Source: Candidatus Hermodarchaeum yapensis
GTDB lineage: Archaea; Asgardarchaeota; Hermodarchaeia; Hermodarchaeales; Hermodarchaeaceae
Assembly: GCA_016840405.1 (NCBI GenBank)
Contig: JAEOSK010000001.1
Coordinates: 32,001 to 96,000 of the forward strand
Direction of reading: 5' to 3'
DNA: 64,000 bases
The notes under the pieces were generated by a model, which saw nothing but the letters and a program-made list of their open reading frames with translations, searched no databases and had not been told where the DNA came from. This document shows, one piece after another, positions 9,066-18,997 of this stretch (positions within the stretch are counted from its first letter, which is position 1; the number at the start of each line of letters is the position of its first letter). The translations under genes and the position numbers were made by a program.

Positions 9066-9821
9066 CTAGAAACCTCGGAGAACTTCTTCAAAGATTTCGA
9101 CTTGTTGACCAAGTATCTTTGAACGTTTCTCCATCTTATCTTTGCGAGATTTGTAGTCTACGTCCTTCACTTCACCAACGGAGTGACGGGCATCTAAGAG
9201 AGATAATTCATTTCGAACGGCTTTATATTGGGCCTTGAGTAAGGAGAGCCACTCACGAGCCAAAATGACCTGCTCTTGATAGAGGGCGTCAGCTTCATCC
9301 AAATTCTTCTCATATTCTTCCTTTAGACGAATATAGACGCTCTCTCGAACCTTTCCACTCTCTTTCAGTTCTTCGAGCTTATCAAGTCGCTCTTTTGACG
9401 CCGACCGTTCCTTCCCTGCCTTCTCAAAGGCATATTCCTTAACCTTTGACTTAAGCTTCTTTTCTCGGGTTTTCAAAGCTTTAATCTGCTTTTGTAAAGG
9501 TTTGATTTCCTTTTCTAATTCTGCAATTGAACGATCGCCCTCTTCAAGCTCTTTCTCAAGTGTTTCTAATTGTTTCAGCAGTTCCGTATCTTCCTCTTCC
9601 AAGCTCATCAGCTGCGAACGGGCTTCCAATTGAGCTAATACCTCTGCAGGAACTTCTGTCACCGGTGCTCGTTCCGGCACCCTTTCTGGCGCAACACGCC
9701 CTGTCGTAACTGGACGGGAAACTGGCGTGGAAACAGATGCACCCATTTTCGTTCCACAATACTTACAAAATTTCGCTGTATCTTTAACGGATTGTCCGCA
9801 GTTCGGGCACACTCGTGGCAT
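9066..9821 (-). CDS. Zinc-ribbon plus CdvA-like coiled-coil protein
   Basis: CPNC...FCKYCG, P/V linker, two helical units RLDKLEELKESGKVRESVYIRLKEEY and LDARHSVGEVKDVDYKSRK. Confidence 0.65.
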   Translation of the reverse strand: MPRVCPNCGQSVKDTAKFCKYCGTKMGASVSTPVSRPVTTGRVAPERVPERAPVTEVPAEVLAQLEARSQLMSLEEEDTELLKQLETLEKELEEGDRSIAELEKEIKPLQKQIKALKTREKKLKSKVKEYAFEKAGKERSASKERLDKLEELKESGKVRESVYIRLKEEYEKNLDEADALYQEQVILAREWLSLLKAQYKAVRNELSLLDARHSVGEVKDVDYKSRKDKMEKRSKILGQQVEIFEEVLRGF

Positions 9822-9965
9822 ACACTCACCTGCCGAATCTCTTATAATTTCAAACCTAAAATACTTCGCTAACTGTCTCTTTCGCTCTATAATTACTTGA
9901 AAATGTCCGTAAAGTATATTCCCCTGAAATAACCACCATTACATGAACAAAGAGGGACAGGCTCT

Positions 9966-10856
9966 ATGCAATTTGATCTGTTCAGTTTCCTCCTAACCTA
10001 TTGGTGGATTGTCGTTATCCTCATCTTCATCATCATTCTACTCCTTATTGTCCCGTTCATCCGCGTCCTTAAAGAATACGAACGCGCAGTCATTTTCCGG
10101 TTGGGTCGTGCTGTTCCCGGGGTTAAAGGTCCCGGCGTCGTCTTCTTGCTACCCATTCTTGATAAAATGGTCAAAGTTGACCTCCGCGAACAGTATTTCG
10201 AAATCGAACACCAACGCTGTATCACCAGCGACAACGCTCCCGTCGACATCGACCTCCTCATTTACCACCGTGTCGTCAATGCTAGAGATAGCGTTCTCCG
10301 TATCCGTGGCTTTAGCGGCGCTGCCCTCGGCATCAGCCAAACCACACTCCGCGCCGTCGTTGGTGATATTACTCTCGACGATGTTCTGGCTAAACGCGAA
10401 TACATCAACAGCGTGCTCCGCGAAAAACTCGACGAGAACACCGAACCATGGGGCGTCAAAGTCACCAAAGTGGAGATTCGTGAAATTCTGCCACCTACAA
10501 AGGTAAACGAGGCTATGATTATGCAGATGGAAGCAGAAAGGCGCCGTCGTGCAATGGTCACAGAAGCCGCTGGTAAACGCGAGTCTACCATTGCGGTTGC
10601 TGAAGGTGATAAACAGTCAGCCATCCTTCGGGCGGAAGGTGAGCGCCAATCTGCTATTCTTCGCGCCGAAGGTGAAGCGTTAGCCTTGCAGAAGATCTTT
10701 GATGTTGCTAAAGGCATCGATGAAAAAACCATGACCATCCAATACTTAGAAACTCTACAAGCACTTGGTGCGAGTCCCAGTACGAAGTATGTGATTCCCA
10801 TCGAGTTTACACAAATTATCACACCAATTCAGAAATTCTTGAAAGGCATCAAATAG
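9966..10856 (+). CDS. SPFH/band 7 stomatin-like protein
   Basis: N-terminal TM, EYERAVIFRLGR, QTTLRAVVG, PWGVKVTKVEI, AEG repeats. Confidence 0.95.
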   Translation: MQFDLFSFLLTYWWIVVILIFIIILLLIVPFIRVLKEYERAVIFRLGRAVPGVKGPGVVFLLPILDKMVKVDLREQYFEIEHQRCITSDNAPVDIDLLIYHRVVNARDSVLRIRGFSGAALGISQTTLRAVVGDITLDDVLAKREYINSVLREKLDENTEPWGVKVTKVEIREILPPTKVNEAMIMQMEAERRRRAMVTEAAGKRESTIAVAEGDKQSAILRAEGERQSAILRAEGEALALQKIFDVAKGIDEKTMTIQYLETLQALGASPSTKYVIPIEFTQIITPIQKFLKGIK

Positions 10857-10992
10857 TTAACTTATCGAGTGGGATGAACCGGGTGGGTTCAGCTACCCGG
10901 ATGCATTCTAATTCGAAATGCTATTTCACTATCTTCAAAAGCATGATTTTCGAAAATTTCGTGCGAATAAAACTACGTCGCGTTTTAGAGAT

Positions 10993-11304
10993 TTACTTAG
11001 CCGCAGCTTGTACTTTTTCCTTTACAGTTTCTCGGGTATCATTATCAAGGACAGTAGTATAGGAGTCATAACCAGGAAGCCCTGTGGTGATTTCTTCAAT
11101 TAACAGCATGAGGGCTTTTTCTGAGTCCATATCTCTCACTTCAAGACTAGCATCATCAAAGATAAAACTAGCCTCCTTCCATTTGCCCTCTCCGACCTGA
11201 TACATCATATAGAGATAATCATCGGTCATCAGAATAGCGGATTTAACCTTCCAGGCATCTTCCAAGATTTCAAGAGCTTTGTTTGCGTTCTCCTCTTTAC
11301 TCAT
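10993..11304 (-). CDS. Hypothetical acidic protein
   Basis: 103-aa ORF co-oriented downstream of endA. Confidence 0.7.
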   Translation of the reverse strand: MSKEENANKALEILEDAWKVKSAILMTDDYLYMMYQVGEGKWKEASFIFDDASLEVRDMDSEKALMLLIEEITTGLPGYDSYTTVLDNDTRETVKEKVQAAAK

Positions 11305-11385
11305 GAGACATCACATCAGTGTAAGTGTACTCTCCATTGCCTCATAAAAATACGGTGGTAGAAAAATGGTAAACCTTCCCAGGTA

Positions 11386-11946
11386 TTAGGGTTTGATCCA
11401 CGAAAATACGAAGTAGCGAACTTTCCTCGATTCTGTTGCAGTTGCCAACACAAACCGTTTTCGTACAGAAGTTGCGAGTCGACCTGCGCGGACGACTTCA
11501 ATGGCTGACACCTCATCGGATTTTGCAATGACTTCAACAATGAAGAGCGAATGGTCAATACCTGGACCTTTACGATACACAGCAAAATCTGCCCCAAATT
11601 TCAAACCTGGACGAACTACGAATCCTCGCTTTCGAAGATCTTCATAGACTTGGTATTTCCGGCTGAATTCTTTATGTTGCTTCTCAGCAATCTCGATTAA
11701 CTTCTTTTCTTTCAGGGGCGTTTTGGCATCTTCAGTGTAGACTTCAATAGTGCCTTTTCGTAGTAGATGAAGCGCCTCAAAAAAGGAAAGCTGTGAGGGG
11801 CGATCAAAATCAGAGGATTTGGGTTTTCGAATGCCAAGGGGCTTACCATAGAAACCCTTGCTGTAAAGAGTCGATCCATCTGCAGGGTTCCATACAACTA
11901 CTTTGTTCTCAACAATTTGTGCAGAAATACGGGAAGTTTTTGGCAT
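11386..11946 (-). CDS. endA: tRNA-intron endonuclease, catalytic subunit
   Basis: VYEDLRKRGFVVRPGLKFGADFAVYRKGPGIDHS...VRK (Tyr/His/Lys triad). Confidence 0.95.
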   Translation of the reverse strand: MPKTSRISAQIVENKVVVWNPADGSTLYSKGFYGKPLGIRKPKSSDFDRPSQLSFFEALHLLRKGTIEVYTEDAKTPLKEKKLIEIAEKQHKEFSRKYQVYEDLRKRGFVVRPGLKFGADFAVYRKGPGIDHSLFIVEVIAKSDEVSAIEVVRAGRLATSVRKRFVLATATESRKVRYFVFSWIKP

Positions 11947-12007
11947 CGCAACTCACAGTGGAATTCTTCTGGGTAATTTGAGATTACGGGATTTAAAAGG
12001 AGTCCGA

Positions 12008-12658
12008 TTAAACTCTGGCAATGGCAATTATTCGTACTGCGTCCGCTGCATCCTCTGCTGCATCTGCTATTTCCTCGAGGTGTTGCCCTAAATCCTTTAG
12101 GCGCAACAGGACTTTGATATCGAGATTGGATGAGTACAAAAATTGGGTGAATCCTCGATGAGCCGCATCTGCGTCACGTTCAGCTGCATCAACCTCAATC
12201 GCTAGCTCAACGGCTTTTTTAGAATTCTGTTCTAAGAACATAATTGATTGGCGCATCTTATACACTGCATCCATAAGAGCGTCGAGTAAGCCTTTGAAGT
12301 GTTCACGAATTTTTGCATCCGGTTGAAACTCTTCCAATCCTTGAAGATCCCACGCAGATGCTTCACAAAGATCAGCGATATCATCAGTACGCATTACTAA
12401 TCGGAAGTAATCGCTACGTCGAAGCATGGTTTCAACCACGGACAGTTCATCCAGAATAGTCCGTTTAACATTGTCAGCTTCTCGTTCAAGCATAGCTAGT
12501 TTGTTAAAGTGATCCTGCTGGCGTTCTTTTCTTCCATCCATCCAGTCTTCTATCATAACACGAAGGGCTTTTGCAGCTCGTAGCACGATACCTGCATGAT
12601 CCTGGGCTATAGCCATAGCTTTGTATTCTGCGCGATTATTAGATCGTTCCAAGGTCAC
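12008..12658 (-). CDS. DUF47/PhoU-like phosphate transport regulator
   Basis: Repeated LEREAD...DDIAD and AERDAD...EEIAD helical motifs. Confidence 0.85.
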   Translation of the reverse strand: MTLERSNNRAEYKAMAIAQDHAGIVLRAAKALRVMIEDWMDGRKERQQDHFNKLAMLEREADNVKRTILDELSVVETMLRRSDYFRLVMRTDDIADLCEASAWDLQGLEEFQPDAKIREHFKGLLDALMDAVYKMRQSIMFLEQNSKKAVELAIEVDAAERDADAAHRGFTQFLYSSNLDIKVLLRLKDLGQHLEEIADAAEDAADAVRIIAIARV

Positions 12659-12722
12659 TTTCGTTCAACCTCTCGGCGTTGGTGGGTCAGGTAACCACCT
12701 ATTAAAGCGTATCGAATCCGCT

Positions 12723-13586
12723 TCAAGACCCCCCAATTAAAATGAGAGGAACTGTGAGCACCACTACAATGATTCCTAATGTTAAACAGAAAATCCACCA
12801 GGGTAGCTTCAGGGCATAATAACGAAATACAGCCAAGGCTCCTAATCCCGCAATAAAGGCCACCACCATCAATACAAGCAATATCGGAATCAAAGGCACA
12901 ATCAGTAAGACATTTCCAAAGATAAGGTCAACGGCTACAACACCAAAAGCTGCGGGCACTCCTAATAGTAAGCTTAACCGGAGTGCTTCATCTCGCCTCA
13001 CACCTCTAATTAAAAGCCATGTTAATGTCATTCCCGATCGGCTTATTCCGGGTAACACAGCTACACCTTGGAGTAGCCCTAATACAAAGGCCTCCCGAAG
13101 TGAGATACCTCCTAGTGTTAGGTCACCCTGTACGCCCGGCTGAAAATACAAGACAATACCAGTCACAATAAGGAGAATTCCAACAAGGAGGGTCACGAAG
13201 CTTCCCAGAAGAACCGTTACCAGGCTTCGTAGTAAGAAATACAAAGGCAAAGCGACTATCACGGTTCCAATAGTACCCGCGACAACAAAGGCAAATAGTG
13301 GACCAAATAATTTCCTTGATTCTTTCTCGGCAGTTGGGATTTCTTCTTTTGGAGGTCGGATTTGTATGACAAGGGGGCAAAAGATGTCATGACGATAAAA
13401 GGCAATCACGGTGAAGGCGGTTCCAAGGTGTAACCAGAAAATCACCGAGAGCGCGAATTCAGGGGTGAAATGATAGATGTTTGCGGCAACAAGCAATATC
13501 TGACCTTCACTGCTCACAGGCAGATATTCTAGCAATCCTTGTAATAGTGCTAAAATCAGTAACGGGATAATCATTAGCGCGTTCAC
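12723..13586 (-). CDS. uppP: Undecaprenyl/polyprenyl-diphosphate phosphatase (BacA family)
   Basis: QGLLEYLPVSSEG, HLGT, PGISRSG motifs. Confidence 0.9.
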   Translation of the reverse strand: MNALMIIPLLILALLQGLLEYLPVSSEGQILLVAANIYHFTPEFALSVIFWLHLGTAFTVIAFYRHDIFCPLVIQIRPPKEEIPTAEKESRKLFGPLFAFVVAGTIGTVIVALPLYFLLRSLVTVLLGSFVTLLVGILLIVTGIVLYFQPGVQGDLTLGGISLREAFVLGLLQGVAVLPGISRSGMTLTWLLIRGVRRDEALRLSLLLGVPAAFGVVAVDLIFGNVLLIVPLIPILLVLMVVAFIAGLGALAVFRYYALKLPWWIFCLTLGIIVVVLTVPLILIGGS

Positions 13587-13761
13587 CGTTATTGTCTCCG
13601 ATGGTATGTCTCTCGCCTATAAGGATTACCTGAGAAAAGGCGCCCATTATCGAGTATCCATAAAAGACTTGAAGTTAGTTTCTAGAATCCCTAATTCGGC
13701 TTTCGCGAGCTGGCGAATCGCTTAAAGCCTCCCGTTGTAAGAAGCCTTTCGAGGACTAGCA

Positions 13762-14124
13762 GTGGATTCAGATCAGGACTTTCCATCCGTTGAAAGCGAG
13801 AAGTTAACGCTCCTCCGACAAATGGTTCAAGATGATACTGTAAAACGAGAGCTCTTACGCTGTCTCAGCGATGGAATATGGCATACTACCTCGGAGTTGG
13901 CACGGTTCGCGCGCGAAGCAAACCCTGTAATTGGTTTAGTGACTGTGGGTACAATTCTAACTCGTATGCAAGAGCAATTGGGTGAACATTTTCTTGAGCA
14001 AATGGTGCAAAAAGCCGAAGAAGGCGTTTCCTCGTGGCGGATTGGTGTGGAATGGTTAGATGTCGTGAATGAAGTGCTAAAACAGAAGGGGAAACCTACT
14101 AAACCCTCAATATTCGATGAATAG
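13762..14124 (+). CDS. Putative winged-helix DNA-binding protein
   Basis: RELLRCLSDGIWHTTSELARF...VGTILTRM wHTH-like pattern. Confidence 0.6.
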   Translation: MDSDQDFPSVESEKLTLLRQMVQDDTVKRELLRCLSDGIWHTTSELARFAREANPVIGLVTVGTILTRMQEQLGEHFLEQMVQKAEEGVSSWRIGVEWLDVVNEVLKQKGKPTKPSIFDE

Positions 14125-14277
14125 CGCCAAACTTTCTGAAATTGACGATGATTTTTCGTTCGATTTGTATAAAAACACGGTCTAAGAGAGCATTCATCAG
14201 GAATAGCCTTTTAATCGGTGGAAAACTTAAGTAGGAGCAGTGAGAACGGTTATTTTAGTAAAATAACGGTGTGACCC

Positions 14278-14517
14278 ATGCCAAGAGAAAAAACGACACG
14301 CATAGTTCCCCTTGCCCCAATTGATCGCCTCATCCGCAAAGCTGGTGCAGAACGAGTCAGTGAACACGCTGCCACGGAACTCGGCGAAGTCCTTGAGGAA
14401 CTCGGAACCGAAATTGCCTCCATCGCCAAAGAACTCTCTGAATTTGCTGGACGGAAAACCGTTACCCGCAAAGATATCCGACTGGCCTACAAGCAATGGA
14501 AAAAAACTCGCCGGTAA
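14278..14517 (+). CDS. Archaeal histone (HMf family)
   Basis: PLAPIDRLIRKAGAERVS...AGRKTVTRKDI histone-fold signature. Confidence 0.95.
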   Translation: MPREKTTRIVPLAPIDRLIRKAGAERVSEHAATELGEVLEELGTEIASIAKELSEFAGRKTVTRKDIRLAYKQWKKTRR

Positions 14518-14609
14518 CATAGCCAGGACAACGAACAATCTCAAGGCTTAAAATAAGTTCCATGACACAATCATATTCTGTACCCTAATTTTTAGTAGGT
14601 GACAACATC

Positions 14610-15821
14610 ATGCCACGTCGTTCACTTCGAAACAACCTAATCACCGAGCGAACAAAGACGATTCGTTATGCCATTCGCGATGTCGTCGTCACGGCCAAAC
14701 ACCTGGAGGCGAAGGGGAAAAAAATTACTTACCTCAACATCGGCGACCCAATCGTCTATGACTTTGAAACACCCCCATTCTTAGTTGAAGCGTTTTGCGA
14801 TGCTGCAAAACAAGGTCATAATGGGTATTCGGCTTCGGCTGGTATTCCAGAATTTCGAGAAGCCGTGGTTGATAAGGAAAAACGCATTAACAAGATTTCA
14901 ATTGGAGCTGCGGATGTTATTGCTACTGCAGGGATTTCTGAAGGCATTCAGATGATGATGGCGGCACTTGTTAGTCCCGGCTCTGAGGTCTTAGTTCCTG
15001 GACCAACCTATCCTCCCTATTTGGCATTTGTCCGCTTCTTTGGTGGAACAGCACAAACCTATCGCTGTATCGAAGAAGAAGGTTGGCGACCAGATCTTGA
15101 TGACATTCGTGCAAAAATCACCGAAAACACCGCTGCGATGGTCCTCATCAATCCAAATAACCCCACAGGCGCTGTATATCCATCTAAGACGGTTCAAGCC
15201 CTAGTTGACATTGCTGGTGAATTTGGCATCCCCTTGATCTCGGATGAAGTCTATGATAGGCTTGTTTATGATTTGGTTCCAACAAGCACTGCAGCTCTCG
15301 CAAAGGATGTTCCCGTAATCGGTTTCAACGGACTTTCAAAGGTGTATCTGGTTCCTGGCTGGCGTATTGGTTACATGTATTTCCACCATCCAAACCAGGA
15401 CCTCGCAGAACTCAAAGAACACATCCTCAAACAAGCCCGCATCCGTATTTGCACCAATGCCCCCGCTCAATACGCTGCCTCTATCGGTCTTCGCGAATCT
15501 GATACCTACCTTAAAGATGTCATATCCCGGTTACAAGACCGTAGAGATCTCGTTTGGAAACGACTTAACGAAATCGATGGAATATCAACATCAAAACCAG
15601 AAGGTTCCTTCTACATTTTTCCCAGCATTGATTTGCAGAACCGCTGGTCAACCGATGAAGAATTTGTAATGGCGCTTCTTAAGGAAACAGGAGTACTTGT
15701 CGTTCACGGATCTGGCTTTGACCCAGTATTTGGTTCAGACCATTTTCGATTAGTCTTCCTTGCTCCCCCACCTATTCTCAATTCTGCCCTTGATGCAATA
15801 CAAAAATTCGTTGAAAGCTAA
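14610..15821 (+). CDS. Class I/II PLP aminotransferase (alanine aminotransferase-like)
   Basis: LNIGDP, INPNNPTG, SDEVY, GLSKVYLVPGWRIG. Confidence 0.93.
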   Translation: MPRRSLRNNLITERTKTIRYAIRDVVVTAKHLEAKGKKITYLNIGDPIVYDFETPPFLVEAFCDAAKQGHNGYSASAGIPEFREAVVDKEKRINKISIGAADVIATAGISEGIQMMMAALVSPGSEVLVPGPTYPPYLAFVRFFGGTAQTYRCIEEEGWRPDLDDIRAKITENTAAMVLINPNNPTGAVYPSKTVQALVDIAGEFGIPLISDEVYDRLVYDLVPTSTAALAKDVPVIGFNGLSKVYLVPGWRIGYMYFHHPNQDLAELKEHILKQARIRICTNAPAQYAASIGLRESDTYLKDVISRLQDRRDLVWKRLNEIDGISTSKPEGSFYIFPSIDLQNRWSTDEEFVMALLKETGVLVVHGSGFDPVFGSDHFRLVFLAPPPILNSALDAIQKFVES

Positions 15822-15850
15822 TACTCAATCTGCACAAAACTAAGTATCGG

Positions 15851-16186
15851 TTAGTCTTCCTCTTCGGGTTCTGGTGGTTCAGTAAATTCAGTTGGTTCTG
15901 TTGCTTCTGCTGGTCTAGCAATATTCATTCGTGCTTCTTGAACCATTCGCCCAATCGTCCCAAACATCCGCTCGGGGGAAAACATCGGCATCGATACGCT
16001 GTTTTGGATAGCATTGAAGATTTCATTATGATTCAAATCGGTCGTCAGGCGAGTAGTACCGATTTCAGTTGGACCACGAAAAATCCGAACGGCCCATTGA
16101 TCTGCCACACGTCCGAGTTCTACTAAATATGACGTCATGGGGAGGAGGTATTTTTGGGTGATGGGTTGATATTCTTGGGACATCAA
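15851..16186 (-). CDS. Hypothetical protein
   Basis: 111-aa ORF with GAGG upstream and acidic Pro tail. Confidence 0.7.
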   Translation of the reverse strand: MMSQEYQPITQKYLLPMTSYLVELGRVADQWAVRIFRGPTEIGTTRLTTDLNHNEIFNAIQNSVSMPMFSPERMFGTIGRMVQEARMNIARPAEATEPTEFTEPPEPEEED

Positions 16187-16268
16187 AAGCCGCCTCTATT
16201 TATCGTATCCATCGACATGAGCTAAAAAGCCTTTGTGCCCGGTTTTTCTAGCACTTCAGAGCTGAATC

Positions 16269-17498
16269 TTAAGCAAGAAGGGCTTGAACTTCGTCAGGGA
16301 ACTCTATTTCGATATCATTGCGAACCAACTTGGAAATTCCAGATTCAAGGCGTTTTTGCAGGGTTTTTAACCGCGCAGTAATCCGGGTGACTTGTTCCTC
16401 TATATGCGCGATTTCAGATTTCACATCCCGATGCTCCCACTCAGCACGTTCCAAGGATTTCTCCAAATCTCGACGCTCATCCGACGACACCGCACTCTCT
16501 AGCTCATCTTTCCGAGACGCAAGGTTGGAAAACCGCAACCGATACTCATCTAAGTCCCCTTTCTCAACTACCCCGGTCTTCCGATCCAACACTTTTCGAT
16601 TCAAACTCGCCTTAAAATTCATCTTACCATTTTGAATAGCCTCCGCCAACGCCATCAATCCTGCTTTCAACCGCTCAAGATCATCTGTATCACGCTGGAA
16701 AGCCGTCCACGGATCCTTCGAATATGCATCGGCCCCCTCGCCCGCTACTGAGGAGATCATTATCGACTGGCCTGCCGCCTGACTTACCTTCTTAAACGGT
16801 TTCTTGAGAAAATTCAACTGGTTCGTCACAATCATTCGAATACTATCAATTTCCTTGCGGATTCCATCGATCTCCGCCAAGCCAGAATCCATCCTGAACT
16901 GTTCAATCCCCTCCTGGTGTTCCTCGACCCTCCCCGCGGTCTGCTCCTTCTGTTCCCTTAACTTCGCCAATTGTTCAGATAATGCCAACACGTGTCGAGA
17001 CCGCTCATCAATCTCCTCTACTTCCTCACCAACCAGTTCCACCTGCTTCGGTAATTTTTCCTTTTCCCAATTTTTCTTAATCTTCTGATATCCCTGTCCA
17101 ATCGACCTAAATTGGTAATCCAACTCTTTGATAATCTTCTTATGCACACGCGGTAACCGCGGAATATACCGCCGCCCAGCATGCGTCGTATCCTGCAAAT
17201 AATCCTCTAAATCATCCAGCAATTCCTCTACCGAAGAATAGGTAATCTCCTCTGGAAACACCATGTCCTTTGCACTACTTTTCAAACGGCTCGCTAACTT
17301 CTGAGCCGAACCGGGCACCGTCAACTCCCCATCAATCACTACCTCTTCCAATAGCTCATCCGACGTCTCTACCGTTTTCACCAACGCCTCATCAATCCGG
17401 TCCAACTGCTTCTGAATATCCAACCGATAATTCGAAAGCAACTCACTGGTCCGCTCAGCAAACCACTCCGGCAACTCATGCACGCCAATCACAGTCAA
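16269..17498 (-). CDS. Long helical/coiled-coil hypothetical protein
   Basis: Heptad-rich, E/K/L-rich, central FLKKPFKK motif; no ATPase motif. Confidence 0.8.
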   Translation of the reverse strand: MTVIGVHELPEWFAERTSELLSNYRLDIQKQLDRIDEALVKTVETSDELLEEVVIDGELTVPGSAQKLASRLKSSAKDMVFPEEITYSSVEELLDDLEDYLQDTTHAGRRYIPRLPRVHKKIIKELDYQFRSIGQGYQKIKKNWEKEKLPKQVELVGEEVEEIDERSRHVLALSEQLAKLREQKEQTAGRVEEHQEGIEQFRMDSGLAEIDGIRKEIDSIRMIVTNQLNFLKKPFKKVSQAAGQSIMISSVAGEGADAYSKDPWTAFQRDTDDLERLKAGLMALAEAIQNGKMNFKASLNRKVLDRKTGVVEKGDLDEYRLRFSNLASRKDELESAVSSDERRDLEKSLERAEWEHRDVKSEIAHIEEQVTRITARLKTLQKRLESGISKLVRNDIEIEFPDEVQALLA

Positions 17499-17660
17499 TC
17501 TTCACAGCCTCGCTTCACAAAACAGAACCACCTACTAAAAAAACTACCTCAAGAGAATCCTAATCACCACCCCGCCCAAGCAGCTTGCACGAAAAGCTTA
17601 TCAACGCTCTTCCATAGTCAAGAATGCAACGCTAAAATCTTATGCTGTGGTGAGCGGGCA

Positions 17661-18551
17661 ATTATCCATAATGCAATTCTTTTCAACATCAGCCCCCGCA
17701 AAGACGAAGTCGGGCTCCAAGCCAACGTCATCTTCCACAAACAATACTGGCGCGTCCCCCTCAGCGACAACATGATCGGCGAATTCTTACGCGCCTACAA
17801 AGAATTCATGAGCCACGTCCAAAGCACCGACCTCCCCGCCCTCCCAATCCACATCCAAGGCACCAAATTCATCTTCACCAACATCGAAGACCTCCTCCTC
17901 GTCTTCATCAGCCACATGCAAGACGACGACAGCCGCGTCAACGAAAAAGTCAAAACCGCCCTCCGCATGCTCGTCGGCAAATACGGCACCGAACACATCA
18001 AAGACATCGCCACCAACAACAACACCCAACCCATCGAAGACCTCATCGACAACTACATCATGAGCAAACTCAAAGTCAGCCTCGTCGGCGAAGGCGGCGT
18101 CGGCAAAACCACCCTCCTCCGCCTCCTCAAAGGCACCGCCCCACCCACCGAATACGTCCCCACCATCGCCCTCAGCATCGAACAAATCGAAGCCACCCGC
18201 TACGGCACCTACCAAATCATCCTTTGGGACTTCGCCGGCCAAGAACGCTTCCGCCGCCTCTGGACCATCTACTTCCGCGGCTCAGATATTGTATTTATTA
18301 TTACGGACTCCACCCTCAACAACGTCATCGCCACCAAAGAAATCCTCGACGTCATCCGCAAAGACGCCCCCGGCGTCCCCGTCTGGGCCATCGCCAACAA
18401 ACAAGACCTCGAAGGCGCCCTCTCCCCCGAACTCGTAGAACGAATTTTAGGTATTCCAGCATTTGGTATGGTCGCCATCGACCAAGCCCGCAAAGAAGAG
18501 ATGCTCCAAATTTTGCTGGATGCAGTCGATCGCTACATCGGGACGGAGTAA
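17661..18551 (+). CDS. Longin-like domain plus Arf/Rab-superfamily small GTPase
   Basis: GEGGVGKT, YVPTI, WDFAGQ, ANKQD; N-terminus IIHNAILFN...FHKQYW aligns with paralog MIHNVFIMN...FHRQYW at 41779; likely start is ATT at 17661 (track start 17478 overlaps the divergent gene). Confidence 0.88.
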   Translation: MIHNAILFNISPRKDEVGLQANVIFHKQYWRVPLSDNMIGEFLRAYKEFMSHVQSTDLPALPIHIQGTKFIFTNIEDLLLVFISHMQDDDSRVNEKVKTALRMLVGKYGTEHIKDIATNNNTQPIEDLIDNYIMSKLKVSLVGEGGVGKTTLLRLLKGTAPPTEYVPTIALSIEQIEATRYGTYQIILWDFAGQERFRRLWTIYFRGSDIVFIITDSTLNNVIATKEILDVIRKDAPGVPVWAIANKQDLEGALSPELVERILGIPAFGMVAIDQARKEEMLQILLDAVDRYIGTE

Positions 18552-18575
18552 AGAGCTACTACTTTTTTAATTATA

Positions 18576-18975
18576 TTACTCAGTTGATCCACGAATTTCA
18601 TCCAAATATTCCGATAAGAATTCAATTCGCATATCTTGATGGTTGCTGATGTCCTCCCAATAACCATTCGTGGACATTACCAAGCCGCTCTGAGTGAGTT
18701 TGGCGATTCTGGATGCAATAAATGTTACCGAAAAAACTGCATCATCAGAGGTGTGTATAAGTGTCAAATTTTTTCTGTTAGATACGGCCAGGTATCATGA
18801 CTTCTGCAGGAATTTTGATTTCTGGGGCGGTCCACATGCGGAGTCGGACGCCGATGATGAATTGTAAAATGATGGAGATGAGGGAAAGTAAGAAAATGAG
18901 GATGACCAGGATGAGGGCAAAGTTGAAGATCATATTAACGATTGCGAGACCGACGAGAAAGGTGCCGCTCTTCAC
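18576..18975 (-). other. Two short ORFs (65 aa hydrophobic, 63 aa), possibly gene remnants
   Basis: Adjacent co-oriented short ORFs; no family recognised. Confidence 0.3.
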
Positions 18976-18997
18976 AGTTTTACTGCTGTTCGTACCG

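Noticed and set aside
10879-10900. Hairpin CCGGGTGG-GTTCAG-CTACCCGG as an ncRNA
   Set aside because: Short stem between convergent genes; at most a terminator-like element
12723-13586. UppP plus PBP-like hydrolases as evidence for peptidoglycan synthesis
   Set aside because: BacA-family genes are common in archaea for lipid-carrier recycling; no mur genes are present
16269-17498. SMC/Rad50 or ESCRT-III assignment for the coiled-coil protein
   Set aside because: No Walker or hook motifs; length and charge pattern do not fit Snf7
17787-18242. Long antisense/alternative-frame ORFs (also 10262-10822, 28776-29183, 41807-42400, 43895-44386)
   Set aside because: Shadows of real genes caused by skewed codon usage or low complexity
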